From: Gammaproteobacteria bacterium
Lineage (GTDB): Bacteria > Pseudomonadota > Gammaproteobacteria > Steroidobacterales > Rariloculaceae
Direction of reading: 5' to 3'
DNA: 45,600 nt
Assembly (NCBI GenBank): GCA_963581225.1
Contig: CAUZMW010000002.1
Coordinates: 1-45,600 of the forward strand
The notes beneath the pieces are model-generated. The model did no database searches, was not told the origin of the DNA, and saw only the letters and a list, made by a program, of their open reading frames with translations. Numbering within the stretch: position 1 is the first letter of the stretch; each line of letters starts with the position of its first letter. Position numbers and translations under genes: made by a program. This document shows positions 8,485 to 17,054 of this stretch, piece by piece.

Positions 8485-9513
8485 TTATCTCTCTACGTAG
8501 CGTTCTACGTTACATTCATATGGTCGGATGACGTCGCCGCGGTCCGAGGCGAAGTAGGTGTTCCAGCTCACGGGTTCGGTCAGTGTCGCCGGGTCCGTTA
8601 TCGTCAATTCGTAATCCAGGCGTCGCCCGCCGTCGGTGACCGTGAAGCGCTCGAATGTCTCGACTCCTTCACTTTGAGCAACTCCGACGCGGTTAAAGTA
8701 TGGATAGTCGATGTCCGTCGTCTCGACGATCAGTGCGCCGTCCTCCCAGCGGCCGACGGAGTAGCCTAACGGTGATGGCACGCGCTCAGCGTTATCGGGA
8801 GTGAGATGAATCGTCCGAACGTTGTCGAACTCCTCCAACCGAAGAATGATCACGTCGTCCTGCTCGCTGAACTGCATCGGATACGGGTTGCCCATCGTCG
8901 GGGGCATGCCGGGAGGTATGCATTGCAGCAACGGATCTTCCGTCTGTGGATCCCAGACAGCGAAGGCGTCACGAGCCGAGTCGGTTAACGGCAGCTCGCG
9001 GTCGAGCGGTACGCGACGACCACCGGCGATCGACCAGGTCTGAAAAAGACCGCCGGTGCCTTCCGATAGATCCGGGGCCGGCGTAGATTCGGCCGGCCGT
9101 GCGGCGCCACCATAGTAGTCGTTCGCCCAGTGTGGCTGACCGTTGCCCGGGCTGACAATGACTTCGGTGCCATTGTCGAGGAGCACGTTCGTCACGCTGA
9201 GTTGCCGCGGCCGCTTCGTCGATCGATTCACGGCGACGGTAACCCGAGCGCCCGCTTGAAAGACATCCCGCGGCACGCCCTTGCGCGCCAGCGTGTTCCA
9301 CGATGCAGCCTCCATCTCCCAGAGTTGCTCGGTACCGTTATCATCGACGGTTTTGAGCGTGAAATTCACGTGCGGGTTGCGCCAGTAAGCGGCGACGATC
9401 TCGCCGTCCATCTCAACTACGTCATCGTCGAATTCTGCTTGCGAATGATGCCCGAGCGCCGGAAACGCCAAGATCAACGTACCGATAAGTGTGGCCAGGC
9501 GAGTTCTCAGCAT
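8485..9513 (-). CDS. Exported two-domain protein: N-terminal 'HHS...WRNPH' (DUF6152-like) domain plus a conserved Cys-bracketed C-terminal domain; function unknown
   Basis: AAGGGA RBS. Signal MLRTRLATLIGTLILAFPALG followed by HHSQAEFD...YWRNPHVNF. The C-terminal region QCIPPGMP..PYPMQF..SVGRWEDG..ERFTVTDGGRRLDYELTITDPATLTEP..PYEC is colinear with residues ~200-345 of the 32782..34950 product. Confidence 0.7.
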   Translation of the reverse strand: MLRTRLATLIGTLILAFPALGHHSQAEFDDDVVEMDGEIVAAYWRNPHVNFTLKTVDDNGTEQLWEMEAASWNTLARKGVPRDVFQAGARVTVAVNRSTKRPRQLSVTNVLLDNGTEVIVSPGNGQPHWANDYYGGAARPAESTPAPDLSEGTGGLFQTWSIAGGRRVPLDRELPLTDSARDAFAVWDPQTEDPLLQCIPPGMPPTMGNPYPMQFSEQDDVIILRLEEFDNVRTIHLTPDNAERVPSPLGYSVGRWEDGALIVETTDIDYPYFNRVGVAQSEGVETFERFTVTDGGRRLDYELTITDPATLTEPVSWNTYFASDRGDVIRPYECNVERYVER

Positions 9514-9539
9514 GTGTGTCCCTTGGTGTTCCGGTGACG

Positions 9540-9600
9540 ACGAAGGGGCGTCCCCGTATCTGTAGGCGTCGCGATTCTTCTCCTTGTCTAGACTCGGGCA
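9540..9600. repeat. Degenerate or partial copy of the palindromic element seen at 32644 and 36614
   Basis: GGGGCGTCCCCGTAT (9545-9559) looks like the two element arms collapsed together. CGTCGCGATTCTTC (9567-9580) is identical to 32764-32777. TGTCTAGAC resembles the element loop ATCTAGACAG. Confidence 0.3.
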
Positions 9601-9672
9601 CGTTTAGGCACGATCATATCGGCGGCCCATACCGAATCGCGAATAGTTATAAGAATCCCGGGAGGAGACGTG

Positions 9673-11220
9673 ATGTCCAAAGAATCATTGCTGAATCGAC
9701 GATCCATCAGAATCTGCTGTATTTTACCCGCGTTGTTCATCGTCGGTTGCGATACTCAGCCAGAGACTCCGGCGGCACCCGCTTCGAGCGCCACCGCCGC
9801 TATGCCGGCTGAGGTCGAGGCTGAATACGCCAACGCCCGAAATATGCAGCTCGTCGGCTATCACGATCTTCAGGCGCGTTCCGCTTATCAACCGATAGTT
9901 CACGCCTATGGCGATCGCCGCATTCTCTTCGTCGGCCAGCACGCCGGAGAGCAGTTAAATCCTCAAACCGGCCAGGTCGAGGTGAACGGCATGTCGATCC
10001 TCGACGTGACCGATCCGAGTGCGCCCGTCATGCTGCGTCATGTGCCGCCGACGGGCGATGAAGCGAGCGGTACTCAACACGTGCAGATCTGCAACGGATC
10101 GGATCTGCCGAACGGCGACCTCAATCGAGTCTACGCCATGCGTACCAACGGACTTCTGGGCTACGAATTGTTCGACGTCACCGATCCCGCCGAGCCACAT
10201 CTTCTGCGCACTATCGCGGAGACGGCCGACTCGTCGCGCCCCGAATCCAGCCGCGGCAACCGCGAGACTCATAAGGGCCAATGGCACTGTGAGACGGGAC
10301 TTGGATTCTTTAACGGTACGCCGGCCGGCTGGCGCGTAACGCGGGTGCTGCAGACCTACGATCTCAGTAATCCGGAAGAGCCGCGGCACATCCGTGACTT
10401 CGGACTTGTCGGTTGGGAGCCGAATGCTGAGGGGCCGTTCCCCGACTATCAGATCTCAGGCCTGCATCAGCCGTATGTCACCGGTAACCGTATGTATCTG
10501 GGTTACGGCAGCGGCAACAATGGCACGCTGCAGATTCTCGATCTGGATAAGTTCCTGAGCGGCGACCCGGAGGCCGAGGATCCGTACGCGCCGACGCCGG
10601 AAAATTTGCTCTACCCACAAATCGCACGTTTAGACATGCCGGCGTACTGGGGCGTGCACACGGCGAAACCTGTGTACGGCGTGCCGATTAGCGGCTATGA
10701 GGACGACCTAGAAAATGGCACTCGCGATATTTTGCTGGTGCCGTCGGAGGCTGGAGGCGGGGCCCGCCGCTGCCAGGGCACACGGGATGTCATGTTTATC
10801 CTCGACATCACGCAAGAGGACAAGCCGTTCCCGATATCGACTTATCAGGCTGCCGAGGAACCCGGAGACTTCTGCCATCGGGGCGGACGCTTCGGCCCGC
10901 ATTCGATTAACGATGCCGATCATCCAGGTTTCGACGGCAGACTCGTCGTGTTGTCGTACTTCAATGCCGGGGTCAGAGCTGTCGATATCCGAGATCCGTT
11001 CGACCCTGTTGAGGTCGGCTACTTTGTGCCCGAGACCACCGAGAACACGACTGAGCTCTGCGTTGAGGTAGACGGAACGGAAATCTGTGACGCGGCGATT
11101 CAGACGAACAACGTCAACATCGATGACCGCGGTTATATCTATGCCGTCGATCGTTCATCCACGGGGCTGCACATCCTTGAACTAACGGGTGACGCAAGAG
11201 ATATTGTCGGGCTTGAGTGA
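9673..11220 (+). CDS. LVIVD-repeat beta-propeller lipoprotein
   Basis: GGAGGAG precedes GTG 9670 / ATG 9673. Lipobox LFIVGC. Recurrent LVIVD-type repeats: MSILDVTDPSAP, YELFDVTDPAEP, LQTYDLSNPEEP, VRAVDIRDPFDP, GLHILELTG. Confidence 0.6.
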   Translation: MSKESLLNRRSIRICCILPALFIVGCDTQPETPAAPASSATAAMPAEVEAEYANARNMQLVGYHDLQARSAYQPIVHAYGDRRILFVGQHAGEQLNPQTGQVEVNGMSILDVTDPSAPVMLRHVPPTGDEASGTQHVQICNGSDLPNGDLNRVYAMRTNGLLGYELFDVTDPAEPHLLRTIAETADSSRPESSRGNRETHKGQWHCETGLGFFNGTPAGWRVTRVLQTYDLSNPEEPRHIRDFGLVGWEPNAEGPFPDYQISGLHQPYVTGNRMYLGYGSGNNGTLQILDLDKFLSGDPEAEDPYAPTPENLLYPQIARLDMPAYWGVHTAKPVYGVPISGYEDDLENGTRDILLVPSEAGGGARRCQGTRDVMFILDITQEDKPFPISTYQAAEEPGDFCHRGGRFGPHSINDADHPGFDGRLVVLSYFNAGVRAVDIRDPFDPVEVGYFVPETTENTTELCVEVDGTEICDAAIQTNNVNIDDRGYIYAVDRSSTGLHILELTGDARDIVGLE

Positions 11221-12284
11221 TGACGATGGCCGCGCGAGTCGCGCTGATTTTCATCTTCGCTCTGCCTGCTCAGGTGTCGGCGGAGCGCTTTACGTTACGC
11301 GTCGGAACGGGCCACCCTGCGGGTCCTTCAGTCTATGCGACGGTCATGCGCGATTACCTCGTGCCGGAACTCAAGCGGCGAGTCGCGGAGGAGACCGATC
11401 ACGAGTTTCGCATCGTCGAGGGCTATGGCGGCTCGATCGCGTCCGTTGCGGAAACTCTCGAAGCCGTACAGATCGGGATTCTCGATATTGGTGCGTTTTG
11501 CACCTGCTTCGAGCCGGCGAAATTATTCCTGCATAATTTTCAGTATTTCGTGCCGTTCGGGCCCCAGGACTCGGAGAAAAGTATTCGGCTGGGTCGCGAG
11601 ATCTACGACAGAAATCCCTGGCTCTCTGAGCAACTCACGGAGCGCTACGGTCAGCGCTTGTTGGCCATCAATGGATGGGATAACTATCATCTCGGTTCCA
11701 GCGTTCCGTGGGACAGCGTCAAAGACCTGCGCGGCGTAAAGGTTGCAGGCGCCGGGCCGAACCTTCCCTGGCTGGCGTCAGCCGGCGTCGTACCGGTCCA
11801 GTCGGCTTTGCCTGACGGCTATATGGCTCTGCAGACAGGGGTTTACCACGGCTGGCTGATGTTTCCGTCGGCGTACTTCGCCTACAAATTTCACGAGCCC
11901 GCACCGTATTACACCTTGATCGGCTTCGGCGCGATGGGTGGCGCCATCATCATGACGATGAACGAAAGGACATTCGACCGATTACCGGCGGACGTGCGCC
12001 AGATCGTCGAGGCCGTCGGCCGGGCGTATGAGGTCGAGGCGGCGCGAGTCTTGCAGGAGCGGCAGATCTCCGGGCTGGCGAGCCTTCGTGCCGGAGGTGC
12101 GACGGTTCGCGAGCTTTCGGACGCCGCGCGCCGGGAGTGGGCGCAGTCTTTACGCGGTTTTCCGAATCGTATGGCGAAGGAAGCCGATTCGCGCGGCATG
12201 CCGGGATCGGAAATTATTCGCTCGTATATCGAGCTGATCACGCAAAGTGGTTACGAGTGGCTCGTCGATTACACCATCGACTAA
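11217..12284 (+). CDS. dctP: TRAP transporter substrate-binding protein (DctP family)
   Basis: Signal MTMAARVALIFIFALPAQVSA. DctP-like length and composition, with dctQ/dctM downstream. The start (GTG 11217, ATG 11220 or ATG 11226) overlaps the LVIVD gene stop. Confidence 0.75.
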   Translation: MMTMAARVALIFIFALPAQVSAERFTLRVGTGHPAGPSVYATVMRDYLVPELKRRVAEETDHEFRIVEGYGGSIASVAETLEAVQIGILDIGAFCTCFEPAKLFLHNFQYFVPFGPQDSEKSIRLGREIYDRNPWLSEQLTERYGQRLLAINGWDNYHLGSSVPWDSVKDLRGVKVAGAGPNLPWLASAGVVPVQSALPDGYMALQTGVYHGWLMFPSAYFAYKFHEPAPYYTLIGFGAMGGAIIMTMNERTFDRLPADVRQIVEAVGRAYEVEAARVLQERQISGLASLRAGGATVRELSDAARREWAQSLRGFPNRMAKEADSRGMPGSEIIRSYIELITQSGYEWLVDYTID

Positions 12285-12345
12285 CCAACCGGCAAAGAAG
12301 AATGCGGATTGGCCGCAGACGCTAGACAGGGAACATGGAGGAACG

Positions 12346-13338
12346 ATGATCAAAACGGCGATGATTGGGCTCGGCTGGTGGGGTCGGCACATGGTGAATT
12401 CCGTCAAGGGCAGCGACAAGCTCGAGATCGTCCGAATGGCGGCGCGCCGTCCGGATCGTCACAGAGATTTCTCGGCCGAGACCGGCATTCCGCTGCTCGA
12501 CAACTATCAGAAGGTGCTCGAGGATCTCGAGGTCGACGCCGTCATTCTTTGCACACCCCACTCCCAGCACGAAGACCAGCTACACGCTGCGATCGCACAC
12601 GACAAACAGATTTTCTGCGAGAAGCCGCTGTCTCTAACGAAGGAGAGTGCCGAGCGGATGGTCGAGGCGGCGTTGGACGCAGGCTTGATTCTAGGTGTCG
12701 GGCACGAGCGCCGCTTCGAGTCGACGATGGAAGAGATATCAAGAATCGTGGCGTCGGGAGAGATGGGCACGCAAATGCATGTAGAAGCCAACTTCTCGCA
12801 CGACATCTTCGCCAGCGTAGACGCCGACAACTGGCGCGGTTCGACCGAAGAAGCGCCGGCCGCTGGGATGACCGGCATGGGAGTTCACCTGACCGACCTG
12901 TTTATCTCCATGCTCGGCCCGGTGGAAGCCGTTGCGGCGCAGACGGCCAAGCGCGTGCTCGACTTGCCGACCGGTGACGTCGTGACGGTGCAGTTTAAGT
13001 TTCAGAGCGGTTCGACAGGCTTCATCGGCGCGATCTCCTCGACGCCGTACTACGGACGGTTCACGGTCTTCGGCGACCAGATATGGGTCGAGGCGCGCGA
13101 TGACTCCCATCCTCAACACGGTGGTAAGACGCACCTCATCACTTGTCGTAAGGACGGCGTTCAGCACTCGCAGAGCTTCCCTGCAAAAGATCCGGTTAGA
13201 GCCAATCTGGAGGAATGGGCGGATGCGGTTACGAACGGCACGCCTTACCGTTTCCAGGATGAACAACGTATCGGTAACGTTGCCGTACTTGAGGCCATTG
13301 CGAAGTCGGTGCAAAGCGGTGCCTGGGAGACGGTCTGA
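12346..13338 (+). CDS. Gfo/Idh/MocA-family NAD(P)-dependent oxidoreductase
   Basis: ORF 12247..13338. ATG 12346 follows GGAGG. Rossmann N-terminus MIKTAMIGLGWWGRH and EKPL motif (FCEKPLSL). Confidence 0.85.
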   Translation: MIKTAMIGLGWWGRHMVNSVKGSDKLEIVRMAARRPDRHRDFSAETGIPLLDNYQKVLEDLEVDAVILCTPHSQHEDQLHAAIAHDKQIFCEKPLSLTKESAERMVEAALDAGLILGVGHERRFESTMEEISRIVASGEMGTQMHVEANFSHDIFASVDADNWRGSTEEAPAAGMTGMGVHLTDLFISMLGPVEAVAAQTAKRVLDLPTGDVVTVQFKFQSGSTGFIGAISSTPYYGRFTVFGDQIWVEARDDSHPQHGGKTHLITCRKDGVQHSQSFPAKDPVRANLEEWADAVTNGTPYRFQDEQRIGNVAVLEAIAKSVQSGAWETV

Positions 13339-13393
13339 GTAGGCCGCTCCGGAACTGAGAGAAGAATCGGATGCGAGACGCAGAGTTAGACAC

Positions 13394-13888
13394 GTGATCG
13401 AACGAATCGCACGAGCGACGCATATCGTCTCCGCGTTCTGGGTCATCGTGCTCGCGCTCATCATTTTCGTCGATGTGACAGGGCGCTATCTCTTCAGCCA
13501 GCCGCTCCTTGGTGCAACGGAAATTATCAAGAACTCGGTCGTCTCGATAACCTTTCTACAGATCCCGCTCGCGATCTATCGCGGTGGCATGATTCGGACG
13601 ACGCTTATCTACGGCGCAGTCGGCGCGGATTGGAAGAGAATTCTCCGCTCCTTCGCCGGTCTCTGCGGAGTGCTGTTTTTCCTCGGGACTGCGTTCAGTG
13701 CCTGGGGGCCGGCTTTGGAGGCGCTGGGTGTCAGCGAATACGAAGGTGAAGGTGCGCTGCGCGTACCGACCTATCCGGTACGCTTTCTGGTCGTCGTTAC
13801 TTCTCTGTTTGCCGCCTACGTCTATTTTCATCTGCTCTATCTCGACTGGACCGGGCAGTTAGGGGATGAGGAGCTGGCGAATGTCTGA
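13394..13888 (+). CDS. dctQ: TRAP transporter small permease (DctQ)
   Basis: 164 aa with four hydrophobic segments, DctQ-like N-terminus, immediately upstream of dctM. Confidence 0.8.
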   Translation: MIERIARATHIVSAFWVIVLALIIFVDVTGRYLFSQPLLGATEIIKNSVVSITFLQIPLAIYRGGMIRTTLIYGAVGADWKRILRSFAGLCGVLFFLGTAFSAWGPALEALGVSEYEGEGALRVPTYPVRFLVVVTSLFAAYVYFHLLYLDWTGQLGDEELANV

Positions 13889-13924
13889 GGGTAGGCCGGC
13901 GGACGAGACTCGGTAGGGGACGCT

Positions 13925-15241
13925 ATGGGCCCGGAAGTCATCTTTTATTCCCTGGCGATCCTGCTCGTGTTCGTGTTGGCGGGCGTACACATTGGCGTCG
14001 CCCTCGGTCTTGCGAGCGTCATCGGCGTCTACTTGAGCTACGGCGATATGACTATCGCACTGTCGATTCTCGGCTCGACGGCGTACGACGCTATTCGTAG
14101 TCACGCGCTGGCCGTTATTCCGCTATTCATGTTAATGGGTGAGATTATCAGCCGGTCGGGGGCCGCAAAGGATCTTTATCTTCTCTGCGACCGTGCGCTG
14201 AAGCGACTCCCCGGCCGCCTGGCTGCCGCCACGGTTGTCGGTAATGCCGCGTTCGCCGCAGTGTCCGGTGTTTCCATCGCAGCGGCAGCGACTTTCAGCC
14301 GGATCGCCTATCCCGAAATGCGTCGAGCGGGGTACGACAAATCGTATGCGTTGGGCGCCGTCACCGGTTGCGCCTGTCTCGGCATGTTGATACCGCCCAG
14401 CGTACTGTTGATCGTCTGGGCGATATTGACCGAGGGCTCGGTTGGCGCCCTCTTTATTGCCGGCGTAGTGCCCGGTCTGCTACTTGGCCTCACGTTTATC
14501 GCCTACTGCGTTATCGTGGCGGTACGTAACCCATCGGTCGCGCCCGCAGTCGATAGGCCGGTTGGTGACACAAGCGTTGCCGAGCGCCGTGCTGAGTTAA
14601 TCAGCGGTCTCGGTATCATCGCTCTGGTCTTCATCGTGTTGGGCGGCATTTGGCTGGGAGTCTTCACGCCCACCGAGGCTGCAGGCTTCGGTGCGTTGGG
14701 CAGCATAGTCCTCGGTTGGGTGAGAGGAATGCGGCGCAAGGAGTTCACTGAAGCGATAGTTAATGCCGGCCGGTCGACGGCACCCATCATGTTTCTACTG
14801 ATCGCCGGGTCGATGTACGCGCGACTGCTGGCTGTTAGCGGCGGCATCAACCTGATTCAGGATCTATTTCTCGGCACCGGGCTTTCGGTTGTCGGGATGA
14901 TTCTGGTCATGACGGTGATCTGGCTATTGCTCGGTGCGCTCATCGATTCGATCTCGATTATTCTGCTGACGGTGCCGATCTTCGTGCCGATCGCCATCAA
15001 CGCTGGCTTCAACGAAATCGCGTTCGCAATCTACGGTATCCTGATCATTGAGGCCGGCTTGCTGACACCGCCGATGGGCCTATTGGTCTTCACGGTTAAA
15101 GCCGCCGTACCGGACTCGTCGGTCACGTTGGGGGACATTTTCCGTGGCTCCATCCCTTACTGGATTATGATGCTTGGAGTTGCGGCATTGCTGCTGCTGG
15201 TCCCCAGACTCGCGACCTGGCTGCCGGAGTTAATGTTTTAA
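13925..15241 (+). CDS. dctM: TRAP transporter large permease (DctM)
   Basis: 438-aa polytopic membrane protein with typical DctM sequence (IPLFMLMGEI..., AAATFSRIAYPEM). AGGGGA RBS. Confidence 0.9.
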   Translation: MGPEVIFYSLAILLVFVLAGVHIGVALGLASVIGVYLSYGDMTIALSILGSTAYDAIRSHALAVIPLFMLMGEIISRSGAAKDLYLLCDRALKRLPGRLAAATVVGNAAFAAVSGVSIAAAATFSRIAYPEMRRAGYDKSYALGAVTGCACLGMLIPPSVLLIVWAILTEGSVGALFIAGVVPGLLLGLTFIAYCVIVAVRNPSVAPAVDRPVGDTSVAERRAELISGLGIIALVFIVLGGIWLGVFTPTEAAGFGALGSIVLGWVRGMRRKEFTEAIVNAGRSTAPIMFLLIAGSMYARLLAVSGGINLIQDLFLGTGLSVVGMILVMTVIWLLLGALIDSISIILLTVPIFVPIAINAGFNEIAFAIYGILIIEAGLLTPPMGLLVFTVKAAVPDSSVTLGDIFRGSIPYWIMMLGVAALLLLVPRLATWLPELMF

Positions 15242-15363
15242 GTACTGATTTATTAAATAATAATGGCAAAATGGCGGGCCATTGGCGGCTCTACAGCGAA
15301 GCCCGTACAATTCTGTGGAGAGGATTTTCCTCGCCGCAACTAAAGCTTGAGAGAGAATAGAGA

Positions 15364-16425
15364 ATGGAAAGAATCAACGTAGGACTGATCGGGGCCGGAT
15401 GGTGTGGAGGCATTCGTGCGAATACGTGTGCCGGCAGCCCGATCGTCGATGAATTACACCTTGCGGAGATCGATGAAGATCGCCTCAAGGAGGTTTCCGA
15501 GCAGACCAATGCGACTTCCTCTACAATGGACTATCGCGAAGTCATTGCCAGAGACAACCTGGATACGATCATCATCTCGGCGACGCCCGAGACGACGCAC
15601 TATCCGATGGCGAAGGAATCTCTGCTGGCCGGCAAGCATGTCTTCCTTGAAAAGCCGCTGGCGCTGACACTCGACGAGGCTGATGAGCTCATTCAGCTCG
15701 GTAAGGATAAGGAACTTAAATTCGCGATCGGTTATTCGCAACGCTTTAACCCGAAGTTTGCGTACGTCAAGAAGTGTCTGACGGAGAGATCGATCGGCGA
15801 CCCGGTGTCCGCACTCGTCAGCCGCCATGTTAGTCGCGGCCTCGGTAAGAAAATCAGCGGTCGAATTAAGCTTTCACCCGCGGCAATGGAAGCGACGCAC
15901 GACATCGATTTCGTGCTCTGGTGTCTGGAGCCCGCACGACCGGTTCGGGTGTATTCGCAGACCATGTATGGCGCGCTCGAGGATTTCTCGGGTTCTCCGG
16001 ACGGGCAGTGGATCATGGTGACGATGGATAACGGCGTCGTCTTTACGATCGGCGCAGGCTGGACTATGCCGCCGGGATACAAGAATTACGCAAGCACGTG
16101 GATCGAAGTGACCGGCACCGAGGGCATGCTCGTCGTAGACGACACTCACCGCGACGTCATCTTCAATACGATGGAGAACGGAATACAGTTGCCCATGTCT
16201 TCGATGCCCGGCGAGTCCGTGAACCATGTTTTCGCGGGCCCGATGCACAACGAGACGGTCCATTATCTGGAGTCGATCGCGTTCGACCGCCCCGTGATGG
16301 CCACGGCGGAGAGTGCACGGCGCGTCATGGAGGTCTATATGGCCGCTGACCTTTCGGATGAGCGTAATGAAGCGGTAAGACTACCGCTCAGTGGAGCAAT
16401 GCTCTCCGCCGTCGCAGCCGCATAA
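15364..16425 (+). CDS. Gfo/Idh/MocA-family oxidoreductase
   Basis: INVGLIGAGWCG Rossmann motif, LEKPLAL, GYSQRFNPKF. By eye it is a paralogue of the 26843..27964 product. Confidence 0.85.
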   Translation: MERINVGLIGAGWCGGIRANTCAGSPIVDELHLAEIDEDRLKEVSEQTNATSSTMDYREVIARDNLDTIIISATPETTHYPMAKESLLAGKHVFLEKPLALTLDEADELIQLGKDKELKFAIGYSQRFNPKFAYVKKCLTERSIGDPVSALVSRHVSRGLGKKISGRIKLSPAAMEATHDIDFVLWCLEPARPVRVYSQTMYGALEDFSGSPDGQWIMVTMDNGVVFTIGAGWTMPPGYKNYASTWIEVTGTEGMLVVDDTHRDVIFNTMENGIQLPMSSMPGESVNHVFAGPMHNETVHYLESIAFDRPVMATAESARRVMEVYMAADLSDERNEAVRLPLSGAMLSAVAAA

Positions 16426-16456
16426 GTCGCCTTGATTCTGGGTCACTGGGGGCGCT

Positions 16457-16990
16457 GTGTCTCATCTTGAGGCTGACGTAAAGTTCACGGCGGTCGTTCT
16501 GGTGTTGGCGGTGCTGGCGCTCGTGTTTGGTGGATGGCTGATTGCCGAGCCACCGATTCCTCTGGGTCCCGATATCCTGGCGATGAGCCCTAAGGTATTC
16601 CCGACCTTGATACTCGCCGGTACCGCTTTGGTCGCGTCAATTTTTCTGATCACGAAATGCAGGAACGGTACGCTCTTCGTAGCAGGCTCTGTTGGCGAAG
16701 GCGAGAGAGTCGGCGGGACGATGTACCGACAGATTCTGTTCGTGTTCATCACCGTGACTTGCGCGCTCCTGCTGACGACGCTCGGCTTTCTAACGACGAT
16801 GTTCTTGCTGATGGCCAGTACTTCCCTTTTGGTCGGCAATCGCGGCGTATTCCAGATTATTGCTATCAGTCTCATTCTGCCGCTGAGTTTCTACGTCATT
16901 GTTACGCATGTCTTGAGAACCGCTCTCCCGGAGATCGACTTCATAGAGCGGGCGCTGGTTCCGATCCTGCGGCTGCTACCCTCGGTCTAG
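16457..16990 (+). CDS. tctB: Tripartite tricarboxylate transporter small membrane subunit (TctB family)
   Basis: 177-aa protein with four TM segments directly upstream of tctA. GTG start after a G-rich RBS. Confidence 0.65.
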   Translation: MSHLEADVKFTAVVLVLAVLALVFGGWLIAEPPIPLGPDILAMSPKVFPTLILAGTALVASIFLITKCRNGTLFVAGSVGEGERVGGTMYRQILFVFITVTCALLLTTLGFLTTMFLLMASTSLLVGNRGVFQIIAISLILPLSFYVIVTHVLRTALPEIDFIERALVPILRLLPSV

Positions 16991-17054
16991 GGTCGATCGT
17001 GTGTACGGCGGAGCGACATGAGCAGCAGGACATCGAGCCGGGGACCGCGATCTC

